Source of the DNA: Caldisericia bacterium
GTDB taxonomy: Bacteria; Caldisericota; Caldisericia; JAAYUI01
Direction of reading: 5' to 3'
NCBI GenBank assembly: GCA_017992555.1
Contig: JAGOOK010000001.1
Coordinates: forward strand, 36,134-100,133
DNA length: 64,000 bases
Within the stretch, counting starts at the first letter, position 1, and each line of letters opens with the position of its first letter. This document shows, piece by piece, positions 44,887 through 53,821 of this stretch. A program made the position numbers and the translations under genes. The notes under the pieces are model-generated. The model was given only the letters and a program-made list of their open reading frames with translations, had not been told where the DNA came from and made no database searches.

Positions 44887-46950
44887 CTAATTTAGGACGG
44901 CAAACCATGCCACAAGTATCAATACCAGTGCTATTGAGGCAAACATTATTGTCGCGTAGTTTGGAAGGTAGCCAGTTTGCACCTTCCTGACCTTTGAGCC
45001 GATAAATCCAGTCAAGGCAGCAACGCCATTGACGGCACCATCTATGACATTTTCATCAAACCATTTGACAAGCTCTGACACCTTGACGGTCAGGTACCCG
45101 GTCAGGTTGACCAAACCGTCAACTATTCCGGCATCGAACCAATAAACGATGTTTCCGACAATGACGGACAGCCATGCCACTCCATTGACTGCACCGTCAA
45201 TGACTGTCCGATCAAACCAGTGGCAAAATTCACTCACATAGAAAAGCGGCTTCACTGCGATGAAAGTCCAGGCCTCATCAATAAACCACTTATTCTTGAA
45301 AAAGAGGTAAAGTGGCTTGAGGACCCTGATGAGTGTTTCTTTTTTGAACCAGCCCCAGGCGTAGATTGCAAGCCCAAGGAAGATGCCTGCAAGGACAAGC
45401 CCTGTGGAACCAAAAATGAGCGTCCAGTTGACTGCTTCGGATTCGAACTCATGGAAGAATATGAATCTCTGGAAGAGCTCGCCAAAGAACGGTGCCCCGA
45501 CGAAACCTATCACCACGGAAAGCACGGCCAGTATTATTAGTGGAAGGGTTGTCCTCCATGAAGCTTCGTGGGCGTGGTTCTCTTTTCTGGGTTTGCCGAA
45601 GAAGGTCAGCCAGACGCATCTTGTCATGTAGTATGGGGTGAGGAAGGCCGTTATCAATGCAAGGATAAGCGGTATGGTCGAGTGGGTTGCCTCTGCCCCG
45701 ACAAGTATTGCGTCCTTGCTCCAGAACCCGGCAAATGGGAAGAGTCCCGCAAGGGCAAGCGATCCAAGTATGAAAGTCCACGCGGTGATGGGCATCTTTT
45801 TAAATAGTCCGCCCATTTCATGCATGTTTTGGGTATGTGTTGCGTGAATGACCGAGCCCGAGCCAAGGAAGAGTAAACCCTTGAACATTGCGTGGGTCAT
45901 GAGGTGGAAAAGTGCCGCTGTGTAGCCAAATTTGCCAAAACCCAGCGCCATGACCATATACCCTAGCTGGCTGATGGTCGAGTAGGCAAGGACTTTTTTG
46001 ATGTCATCCTGCACCGTGGCTATTGTTGCGGCAAAGATTGCTGTGAAAGAACCAACATAAGTGACAACCTTCAGTGCGGTTCCACTTGGATCGAGCGTGA
46101 ACAATCCCATGCATCTTGCAACAAGATATATTCCAGCCGCAACCATCGTTGCCGCGTGGATAAGTGCGGAGACTGGTGTTGGGCCTTCCATGGCGTTGGG
46201 AAGCCAGACGTGGAGCGGGAACTGGGCAGATTTGCCCATTGCGCCCATAAAAATCAGGAGTGGTATGACTATGAGCAATGCAGGGGCGAGTGATGCAAGT
46301 GCAGATGGCAGGGCCTCAAGGCTGAGCGTGTGCGGATTTGAGAGTATGAAACACATTACTATGCCCGTAAATAGCCCCATATCTCCAACCTTGGTTACAA
46401 AGAAAGCCTTTTTTGCGGCCTGGTATGCAGACCTCTTGTGGAACCAGAAACCTATGAGAAGGTATGAGCAAAGACCGACCAGCTCCCAGAAGGCAAAGAG
46501 TTGGAGAAGATTTGAAGCGGTAACAACGCCGAGCATTGCAGTCGTGAAGAGCTGGAGTTCGGCATAGAACCTGGCAATGCCGGGATCGCCGTGCATGTAG
46601 TCCTGGGAAAACAGGTGCACGAGGAAAGAAACCAATGTGACGACACAAAGCATCATTGCACAGAGCTGGTCAACCCTGAACCCGAAATCAAGCGTCAGGT
46701 TGCCAGACTGGAGCCAGACAAAACTGACTGTTGGCGCTGGCCCATTGGCGATAACAAGTCCAAGCACCACAATCGAGGTTATCAATGAAATAAAGATGCT
46801 TATTGTTGCAAGCTTTGGTCCCCATTCCTTTGCTATTTTCCCGCAGAGGCCAACAATGATGAATCCCAAAAGTGGAAAGACCATTGTCAAAACAGCGAGG
46901 ATCGAGGTAAGGGTCCAGGAACCGGCAAGGGAAGCTACAGTATGTTCCAT
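44887..46950 (-). CDS. nuoL: NADH-quinone oxidoreductase subunit L with triplicated C-terminal motif
   Basis: Antiporter-like core (HVWLPNAMEGPTPVSALIHAATMV) and a long C-terminal extension. ATG at 46950 is preceded by AGGAGG. Confidence 0.92.
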   Translation of the reverse strand: MEHTVASLAGSWTLTSILAVLTMVFPLLGFIIVGLCGKIAKEWGPKLATISIFISLITSIVVLGLVIANGPAPTVSFVWLQSGNLTLDFGFRVDQLCAMMLCVVTLVSFLVHLFSQDYMHGDPGIARFYAELQLFTTAMLGVVTASNLLQLFAFWELVGLCSYLLIGFWFHKRSAYQAAKKAFFVTKVGDMGLFTGIVMCFILSNPHTLSLEALPSALASLAPALLIVIPLLIFMGAMGKSAQFPLHVWLPNAMEGPTPVSALIHAATMVAAGIYLVARCMGLFTLDPSGTALKVVTYVGSFTAIFAATIATVQDDIKKVLAYSTISQLGYMVMALGFGKFGYTAALFHLMTHAMFKGLLFLGSGSVIHATHTQNMHEMGGLFKKMPITAWTFILGSLALAGLFPFAGFWSKDAILVGAEATHSTIPLILALITAFLTPYYMTRCVWLTFFGKPRKENHAHEASWRTTLPLIILAVLSVVIGFVGAPFFGELFQRFIFFHEFESEAVNWTLIFGSTGLVLAGIFLGLAIYAWGWFKKETLIRVLKPLYLFFKNKWFIDEAWTFIAVKPLFYVSEFCHWFDRTVIDGAVNGVAWLSVIVGNIVYWFDAGIVDGLVNLTGYLTVKVSELVKWFDENVIDGAVNGVAALTGFIGSKVRKVQTGYLPNYATIMFASIALVLILVAWFAVLN
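44986..45219 (-). repeat. three tandem 26-codon coding repeats (WFD..V/IDG.VN...) in the nuoL C-terminal region
   Basis: WFDRTVIDGAVNGVAWLSVIVGNIVY / WFDAGIVDGLVNLTGYLTVKVSELVK / WFDENVIDGAVNGVAALTGFIGSKVR. Codon coordinates were checked against the DNA. Confidence 0.85.
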
Positions 46951-46958
46951 TGTCCCTC

Positions 46959-47258
46959 CTACCACTTGAGCAGGCTGAACTGCTCGAGAGTTACCCAGCC
47001 CTTTGCTCTGTACATTGCCACTATTGCGCCGAGTCCGACAATGGTTTCAGCTGCTGCAATTGCTATGGCAAACACGACCATTGACTGCGCCATGCCTGGA
47101 TCAGGGAGCTGGCTTGCCGTGGCTATGAAGGTGAGGTTGGCCCCATTGAGCATCAACTCAATGCACATGAGTATCCTGATGGCATTTCTCAGGGTGAGGG
47201 CGCCAAGGACACCAAAGCTGAATATTGCAGCACCAAGGATAAGCAAGAGGTAGTTCAT
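46959..47258 (-). CDS. nuoK: NADH-quinone oxidoreductase subunit K
   Basis: 99 aa, 3 TM, conserved Glu-containing helices, operon position. Confidence 0.9.
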   Translation of the reverse strand: MNYLLLILGAAIFSFGVLGALTLRNAIRILMCIELMLNGANLTFIATASQLPDPGMAQSMVVFAIAIAAAETIVGLGAIVAMYRAKGWVTLEQFSLLKW

Positions 47259-47800
47259 ACCTCGTCCTCCTTTTTCTTTGCCATTTCTATTCCGCCAACA
47301 ACAGCCGCGAGCAGAAGGAAAGAGGCCATTTCAACAGGCACCATATAAGGTGTGGAAGCATTTTCTGAATAAAGTGCATCACCAACTGCCACCAATGATG
47401 TTTTTGGTGGAAGGGCCATTTGTCCCTGGAAGTTAGTTGTTAACTGGCTTTCCGAGGTATTCATGATGAAGAAGGAGATTGCACCAAAGAGCGCAAGGGC
47501 GACAAAAACACCAAGGACGGCCTGGCGGTTCAGGTGGCTCATCTGCTTGCCAGAGACATCATGCGTGAACATGATCGAGAACAGGATGAGTATGGCTATG
47601 GCACCAACGTAGATGGCTATCTGTGCTGCAGCAATAAAATCGGCGTGCAACCCTACATAGATTGCCGCAATTGACAAGAGGCAACCAATCAGGCATATGG
47701 CCGCATGGACAATATTTTTTACAGTTACAGTTAGGGCCGCGAAGACAAGGGCAGGGAAAGCAAGTGCCATATAAAGAGCCTGTGACATTGTTACATTCAC
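47255..47800 (-). CDS. nuoJ: NADH-quinone oxidoreductase subunit J
   Basis: 181 aa membrane subunit, operon position. Confidence 0.88.
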   Translation of the reverse strand: MNVTMSQALYMALAFPALVFAALTVTVKNIVHAAICLIGCLLSIAAIYVGLHADFIAAAQIAIYVGAIAILILFSIMFTHDVSGKQMSHLNRQAVLGVFVALALFGAISFFIMNTSESQLTTNFQGQMALPPKTSLVAVGDALYSENASTPYMVPVEMASFLLLAAVVGGIEMAKKKEDEV

Positions 47801-48219
47801 TGTGCACCCCCAAACGGAAGAAGGAGCTCCTCTTTCTCGTGTATCATCCCTTCGCTTGTGTATGAGGAAAGTTCATATTTGTGACCAACCTGCAGTGCAC
47901 CAAATGGGCAAACCTCAACGCATATCCCGCAGAACATACACTGCTGAATGTTTACGCTGTACCGCACCGGGAAAGGCGTGTTGTCTTCCCTTTTGCCTTT
48001 TTCAATGGTGATCGCGTGTGTTGGGCAATTGTTTGCGCAAATTCCGCAGGCGGTGCATTTTTCCCTGCCGTTTTCATCACGGACCATTCTCATCAGGGCA
48101 AAAAACCTTGGCACCATCGCCTGCTTTTGCTTTGGGTAGCGGAGCGTTACCTTGACCCTGAATATATTTTTAAAAGTGACCCAGAGAGAGCTTGCTATTC
48201 CTGTTCCGTACATGATCAC
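47797..48219 (-). CDS. nuoI: NADH-quinone oxidoreductase subunit I (2x[4Fe-4S])
   Basis: Two CxxCxxCxxxCP motifs (CTACGICANNCP, CMFCGICVEVCP). Confidence 0.92.
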   Translation of the reverse strand: MIMYGTGIASSLWVTFKNIFRVKVTLRYPKQKQAMVPRFFALMRMVRDENGREKCTACGICANNCPTHAITIEKGKREDNTPFPVRYSVNIQQCMFCGICVEVCPFGALQVGHKYELSSYTSEGMIHEKEELLLPFGGAQ

Positions 48220-48220
48220 C

Positions 48221-49240
48221 TCATTTCACAAAAACCTTGAGCCAGTTTTCATTCAAAACAACATACGCGGTCAAGATTATATTGACGAGAGAGAGCGGTA
48301 GCATGATTTTCCATGCCATGTTCATGAGCTGGTCGGCCCTGACCCTTGGCAGTGACCTGGAGAACCAGAGGATGAAACCAACCATGGCAAAAGACTTCAG
48401 GAGGAACCAGAACAACGAGGATAGACCCCATGGAAGAAATTCCGGGCCTGAACCACCGCCAAGATAAAGCGCGGTAATGACTGCCGAAGTCACAAAGAGA
48501 TACGTGTACTCTGCAAAGAAGAAGAATGCGAACCTGATGCCGGAGAATTCGACGTTATATCCGGCCACAAGCTCTGACTCGCCTTCTGCAAGGTCAAACG
48601 GTATCCTGAATATCTCGGCAAGTGAAGAAACGAAAAACACCAGGAAACCGATGAATTGTGGGGCGATAAACCAGATTCTTTGTGTCGAAGAGATGTGGTA
48701 TACGTTCATACTGCCGGCGAGCATTACCACCGCGATAATCGCCAGTGTTTTTGGGATTTCATAGCTGATTTCCTGGGCGGCGGTCCTGACAGCTCCAAGG
48801 AGCGAGAACTTGTTTCCGGATGACCATCCACCAAGGATTATGCCGATGACAGACAGTGCCATGACGGCCGAGATCATCAGAACTCCGATTTCAGTGTCCG
48901 CGGCAACAAGTTTTATCCCGCCAACAAGCCCAAACGGAATGAAGGCAAAGGTGATAAAAGATGGGGTGAATGCTATGAGGGCAGAGTATGAATAGAAAAA
49001 TTTGTCAGCTGCCTTTGGGATGACATCACCTTTTGCCAAAAGTTTTATCATGTCGGCGAAAGGCTGGAAGAGACCCCACGGCCCAACTTCCATCGGGCCA
49101 AGTCGCTGGTGCATCCAGCCAAGCAGTTTTCTTTCGGCAAGGGTCAGAAGTAGTGCATTTACCATTACGAACCCGAAAATGCCTAGCGATATTGCTACCT
49201 GGATGAGTGCTACAATCAGATATGGGACGAAGTTTTCCAT
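48221..49240 (-). CDS. nuoH: NADH-quinone oxidoreductase subunit H
   Basis: AERKLLGWMHQRLGP motif. Start set at the ATG at 49240, just after the nuoD stop. Confidence 0.92.
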   Translation of the reverse strand: MENFVPYLIVALIQVAISLGIFGFVMVNALLLTLAERKLLGWMHQRLGPMEVGPWGLFQPFADMIKLLAKGDVIPKAADKFFYSYSALIAFTPSFITFAFIPFGLVGGIKLVAADTEIGVLMISAVMALSVIGIILGGWSSGNKFSLLGAVRTAAQEISYEIPKTLAIIAVVMLAGSMNVYHISSTQRIWFIAPQFIGFLVFFVSSLAEIFRIPFDLAEGESELVAGYNVEFSGIRFAFFFFAEYTYLFVTSAVITALYLGGGSGPEFLPWGLSSLFWFLLKSFAMVGFILWFSRSLPRVRADQLMNMAWKIMLPLSLVNIILTAYVVLNENWLKVFVK

Positions 49241-49244
49241 TTTG

Positions 49245-50351
49245 TCACCTGTCCGAATCGCCCATTGTTGGCGCCAGCGATGCAAATGCGGCGACGACAT
49301 CAGGCATGGAGATATTTTGGGCAATATGTGGGAACGACATCAGATTGCTGAAGCTTGGTGAACGAAGTTTTACCCTATATGGCTTTGGAGAGTCATCAGA
49401 GACAACGTAAACGCCAAATTCACCGATTGGAGCTTCAACCCTGCAGTATATTTCACCGGCCGGTGGTTTGATCACCTTTGGCACTTTGGCCATTACAGGT
49501 CCTTCCGGAAGGTTTGGCATTATCTGCTCGATGATCCTGACGGACTGCTCCATCTCCTTGAACCTCACCAGGAAACGTCCGTATGAATCGCATGTATTTT
49601 CGCTTATCACATCAAAATCCAGCGTGGGATATATCTCGTATGGCTCGTCTTTCCTAAGGTCCCTTGCGATGCCACAGCCCCTGAGGGTAGGCCCAGTGCA
49701 GGAGAGCTTGAGGGCAGTTTCCGGTTTCAGAATTCCTATGTTTTTTGTCCTTGCCTGGAATATTTCGTTTTTATGGAGCATCGAGGCGTATTCCGGAAGT
49801 CTGTCCTTGAAGTAGTGAATGAACCTGTCGAGTTTTGAGAGATACCCTTCCGGAAGGTCGAATTTGACGCCACCGAACCTGAAGTAGTTAAAAGTCATCC
49901 TTGATCCAGAAACCTCTGCCATCAGCTCCAGGATGTACTCCCTTTCCCTGAGGCAGTAGACCATCGGGGTCATTGATGCCAGGTCGAGTCCCTGTGCTCC
50001 AACATTTACAAGGTGCGCCGCGATGCGGTTGAGTTCCATCATCAGGACCCTTATGTACTGTGCCCTGATTGGTACCTCGATCCCCATGAGCTTTTCAACG
50101 GCCCTTACATAGGGATACTCATTGAGGAAGCCAGAAACGTAATCGAGTCTGTCTAGATAAGGAATAAACTGTTGATAAGTCAGTCTTTCGGCAATCTTTT
50201 CTATTCCCCTGTGGAGATAACCAAGCACTGGTTTGCACCCGACCACAACTTCACCGTCGAGGGTGAGGACTGCCCTAAAAACACCGTGAGTGGCAGGGTG
50301 CTGAGGGCCAAAGTTTACTTCAAGCAGGTCAGTTCTGATTTTTTCTTCCAT
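49245..50351 (-). CDS. nuoD: NADH-quinone oxidoreductase subunit D
   Basis: NFGPQHPATHGV motif and C-terminal GDSDR. Confidence 0.94.
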   Translation of the reverse strand: MEEKIRTDLLEVNFGPQHPATHGVFRAVLTLDGEVVVGCKPVLGYLHRGIEKIAERLTYQQFIPYLDRLDYVSGFLNEYPYVRAVEKLMGIEVPIRAQYIRVLMMELNRIAAHLVNVGAQGLDLASMTPMVYCLREREYILELMAEVSGSRMTFNYFRFGGVKFDLPEGYLSKLDRFIHYFKDRLPEYASMLHKNEIFQARTKNIGILKPETALKLSCTGPTLRGCGIARDLRKDEPYEIYPTLDFDVISENTCDSYGRFLVRFKEMEQSVRIIEQIMPNLPEGPVMAKVPKVIKPPAGEIYCRVEAPIGEFGVYVVSDDSPKPYRVKLRSPSFSNLMSFPHIAQNISMPDVVAAFASLAPTMGDSDR

Positions 50352-50360
50352 TTTCCCTCC

Positions 50361-50792
50361 TCAGTCCGTGTCCGTAAAATCTTTGCGGAGAGGATGCCCT
50401 GTGAAATTCTCCGGTGTTATTATTCTTTGGAGGTTTGGATGGCCTTCAAAAACTATTCCAAACATGTCATAGACTTCGCGTTCTAGCCAGTCTGCCGCTT
50501 CCCAGTCAGGCGTCAGGCTCTTGATTTTTGGGTCTTGTGCTGGCAGTGGTGCAAAAACAAAAACCCTTTCCTTGGTTCCCCAGTTGTCCAGCATGTATAC
50601 CATTTCAAAGCCACTGTCTTTGCATTTTGCAGTTAACATTGTGAGTATGCTGAAACCAGATTCGCGAAGCTTTAGGCATGTTTCGACTGCTTTTGAGCTG
50701 TCTACATTGATCATCAGGGCCGTTTCTGGAGCAGGCATTGGAGAGAGATCAATACCAAATTTTTGCTTTGCGATATCTTTGGAGGTGCTCAT
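50361..50792 (-). CDS. nuoC: NADH-quinone oxidoreductase subunit C (short form)
   Basis: [16 protein letters not shown] motif. Confidence 0.9.
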   Translation of the reverse strand: MSTSKDIAKQKFGIDLSPMPAPETALMINVDSSKAVETCLKLRESGFSILTMLTAKCKDSGFEMVYMLDNWGTKERVFVFAPLPAQDPKIKSLTPDWEAADWLEREVYDMFGIVFEGHPNLQRIITPENFTGHPLRKDFTDTD

Positions 50793-51292
50793 GGCTGCCT
50801 CCCAAGATTGGCTCTTTCTTTCATGATTTTTTTCTCAAGCTCAAGAATGGCGAACTGGAGGGCCTCTGGCCTCGGCGGACACCCCGGAACATACACATCG
50901 ACAGGAATTATCTTGTCGACACCCTTGACTACGGAATAGCTATCAATGAAAGGCCCGCCAGAACAGGCGCAGGCACCCATTGCGATGACCCATTTCGGGT
51001 TTGGTATCTGTTCATAGAGGAGTCTTGTGGGTTCTGCCATTTTTTTTGTTACGGTCCCTGCAACAATCATGACATCGCACTGTCTTGGGGTTGGCCTGAA
51101 GAAGCATCCATGTCTGTCAAAATCGTATCTTGGCATCCATGCCTGCATCATCTCGAAGGCGCAACAGGCCGTTGCGTAGGTGAGTGGCCAAAGGGAATTC
51201 TTTCTGGCCCAGCCCACCAGCCAATCCAGTGGTGCAAGAAGGATACTTGATTTTTCAAGTTCTGTTGGTACGGGTGTTTGTGTCAATCCCAT
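50789..51292 (-). CDS. nuoB: NADH-quinone oxidoreductase subunit B
   Basis: N2 cluster ligands ([27 protein letters not shown]). ATG at 51292 is preceded by AAGGGGG. Confidence 0.93.
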   Translation of the reverse strand: MGLTQTPVPTELEKSSILLAPLDWLVGWARKNSLWPLTYATACCAFEMMQAWMPRYDFDRHGCFFRPTPRQCDVMIVAGTVTKKMAEPTRLLYEQIPNPKWVIAMGACACSGGPFIDSYSVVKGVDKIIPVDVYVPGCPPRPEALQFAILELEKKIMKERANLGRQP

Positions 51293-51651
51293 TTCAGCAG
51301 CCCCCTTCCCCAAGCGTAGAAATATCCAACGAGGAGAATTGCTATGAAGAGTGTTACTTCAAAAATGGCATAAGTTCCAAGTTCTTTTACTTTTACGGCC
51401 CATGGGTAGAGAAAAATAGCTTCCACATCAAATGCAACGAATATCAATGCAAAAACGATATACCTGATGTTGAACTTTATTTTTGAATCTGTCTTTGGCG
51501 GTATTCCGCATTCGTAGGACGTTGTTGCAAGATCGCTATCGATTCTCTTTGGTCTTAATGCAAAAGCGAGGAAGAATGCTATAAGACCCATGGCCAGACC
51601 AACCAGGGCGAAGATGCCCACAAACAGGTAACCGAAAGAATAATCGTTCAA
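51283..51651 (-). CDS. nuoA: NADH-quinone oxidoreductase subunit A
   Basis: 122 aa, YECG motif. TTG start 6 nt downstream of GGAGG. Confidence 0.9.
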   Translation of the reverse strand: MNDYSFGYLFVGIFALVGLAMGLIAFFLAFALRPKRIDSDLATTSYECGIPPKTDSKIKFNIRYIVFALIFVAFDVEAIFLYPWAVKVKELGTYAIFEVTLFIAILLVGYFYAWGRGLLKWD

Positions 51652-51667
51652 AGCTTACCTCCAAAAG

Positions 51668-51683
51668 TTGCACACTTTTGCAA
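51668..51683. promoter_or_regulatory. 16-bp inverted repeat TTGCA-N6-TGCAA abutting the nuo -10 box (candidate operator)
   Basis: Read directly. The half-sites are exact reverse complements. It spans the predicted TSS. Confidence 0.35.
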
Positions 51684-51711
51684 ATTATATAAACGTAAAC
51701 ACGATAAGCAA
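51684..51711 (-). promoter_or_regulatory. putative nuo operon promoter TTGCTT-16nt-TATAAT
   Basis: Minus-strand hexamers at 51711-51706 and 51689-51684, inside a 268-bp AT-rich intergenic region. Confidence 0.45.
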
Positions 51712-51910
51712 TGTCTTTACAGTGAGCATAGACAACACATTTTATAAAAAAGTTACACCGTAAGAACAAAGAAGAATAAATTAAGGCTGGGCAAAAACTT
51801 GTGTTTTATAAAACCAAAAAATAACCTCAATTTAAAAAGTTAATAAATTCACAAATTGTATTAAAAATGAATTTTCTTCGAAATTGCCTTGAAGATTGGT
51901 TTGTTGGGAC

Positions 51911-51930
51911 AAAACTGCCCTACTGGGCAG
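51911..51930 (-). terminator. weak intrinsic terminator candidate after the ABC-F gene
   Basis: RNA CUGCCC-AGUA-GGGCAG followed by UUUUG. The stem contains the TAG stop codon. Only a 6-bp stem and 4 U. Confidence 0.35.
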
Positions 51931-53821
51931 AAATTGTAGACAATTCTTCAGAAAGCTCGGCCCATGCGTTCTCGGTTTCTGCAAGCTGGATTTTTATCCT
52001 GTCATACTCGTCAAGATCAAGTTTTGTCTGCTCTCCTCGAGAATAAAAATCAGGGTTTGACATTGACTGTTCAATGTCGCTTTTCCTTGATTCCAGCGTA
52101 CTTATTTCATCCTCAAGGTTTTTAAGCTTGTCTTGCATTGATTTTATCTGGTTTTTTGATGGGCCTTGTTCTTTTTTCTTTTGTTTCTGCTGGGTTTTCT
52201 GGTCGCCCTTGTCTGCCTGTTTTTCAGGCTTTCTCTGCAGGTACTCTTCAAGGTTGCCCCTGGTGTCGACAATGGTGTTTCCGTCAAACGCCCATATTGT
52301 GGCGCTGATGTTGTTTATGAAATATCTGTCGTGGGAAACAAGAAGCACACTCCCGGAATAATTTTTTATGGTGTCTTCCAGAGAGGCCCTGGCATTTATG
52401 TCGAGATGGTTTGTGGGCTCGTCAAAGATGATGAAATTGGCGTCAATGAGGGCCAGCTTGGCCAGAATAAGCCTGCTTATCTCCCCGCCGGAGAGCGACT
52501 TGCACGGTTTTGAGACCTCGTCGCCGACAAAGAGGAACGTTGCCAGATGGTCCCTTGCCTCCTGGGGTTTGAGATCAGAATTGTTCATTATCTCTTCGAT
52601 GACTGTTGCCTCTGGATTGAAACTGCCGAGTTCCTGCTCGAGATAGGCCATGGAAACATTGTAGCCAATCCACACTTCACCTGATGAAGGCTCCTCTTCG
52701 CCAATCACTGTCTTCAGGAATGTTGTTTTTCCACAACCATTGGGGCCCATCAGCGCGATCTTCTGCCCTCTCTTCATCTCGAGGTTGAGGTTACCAAAAA
52801 GTTCCCTGTCCCCAAAAGATTTTGACAGGCCCTTTGTCCTGAAAACGATCTCTCCGGTTCTTCCGGACGACTCAAGGTTGAGCTGGACTTTTTTCTCCTT
52901 TGGTAGGGCCTCGACCTGGATGACCCTTTCAAGGCGCCTTTCCATGCTCCTTGCCCTCTTGGCGGCCACTTCCGTTCCGTATCCCTTGAACCTTTTTATG
53001 AAACGGGTTGCCCTCTCGATGAATTCCTGTTGCTCCTGCAATTTTTCGAGCGAGTGCTCTCTCTCGAGGTCATACTGGGTTCTTGCCTGTGTGAAATTGC
53101 CGGTAAAATCAAACGCTTTTCCATCAATTAATATCACTGTGTGGTTGCAAACCTTGTCCAGAAGGTACCTGTCGTGAGAGACAATGAGCACCGAGCCCTT
53201 GAATTCCTGAAGGAAGCCTTCGAGCCAGATGGTTGCCTCGAGGTCGAGGTGGTTTGTAGGCTCGTCAAGAACCAGCGTGTCGGGTTCCGTGGCCAGTATT
53301 GTTGCCAGCTGCAGGCGCGACCTCTCACCACCAGAAAGGGAGACGACAGGCCTTTTCCAATCTTCTTTTGAGAAGCCAAGGCCAGACAGGATTCGTTCTA
53401 TTCTGTGGTCTATGTCATATCCACCAAGCGCCTCATATTGGTGCTGGAGTTTTTCAAACTTTGCCAGGAGCTGTTGGTTGTGGGGGTCTTTTTCAACTTC
53501 CAGGGAGATTTCTTCAAGCTGCCTGCCAGTTTCATAGATGTTTTTGAAAGCTGACCTGACCTGATCAAACAAAATGACGTCCGAGACATCAAGCGACCTG
53601 TCCTGGGCAAAATAACCGATGACCTTGTCGGGTTCCTTGAAGACCTTACCATCATCCGGTTCCATCTGGTCCATGATTATCTTTATCAGTGTGGATTTGC
53701 CGGTGCCATTTGCGCCAACAAGCGCCAGCCTGTCATTGCCGCCAAGCGTGAATGATATGCCATCGAGAACGGCCCTCACGCCAAAATATTTTGTTATGTT
53801 CTGAACCTGGATCTGCCCCAT
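51920..53821 (-). CDS. ABC-F family ATPase (Uup/YdiF-like) with C-terminal coiled coil
   Basis: Two ABC cassettes (GANGTGKST, GPNGCGKTT; LSGGE x2), no TM domain, charged C-terminal extension. Confidence 0.9.
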   Translation of the reverse strand: MGQIQVQNITKYFGVRAVLDGISFTLGGNDRLALVGANGTGKSTLIKIIMDQMEPDDGKVFKEPDKVIGYFAQDRSLDVSDVILFDQVRSAFKNIYETGRQLEEISLEVEKDPHNQQLLAKFEKLQHQYEALGGYDIDHRIERILSGLGFSKEDWKRPVVSLSGGERSRLQLATILATEPDTLVLDEPTNHLDLEATIWLEGFLQEFKGSVLIVSHDRYLLDKVCNHTVILIDGKAFDFTGNFTQARTQYDLEREHSLEKLQEQQEFIERATRFIKRFKGYGTEVAAKRARSMERRLERVIQVEALPKEKKVQLNLESSGRTGEIVFRTKGLSKSFGDRELFGNLNLEMKRGQKIALMGPNGCGKTTFLKTVIGEEEPSSGEVWIGYNVSMAYLEQELGSFNPEATVIEEIMNNSDLKPQEARDHLATFLFVGDEVSKPCKSLSGGEISRLILAKLALIDANFIIFDEPTNHLDINARASLEDTIKNYSGSVLLVSHDRYFINNISATIWAFDGNTIVDTRGNLEEYLQRKPEKQADKGDQKTQQKQKKKEQGPSKNQIKSMQDKLKNLEDEISTLESRKSDIEQSMSNPDFYSRGEQTKLDLDEYDRIKIQLAETENAWAELSEELSTISAQ

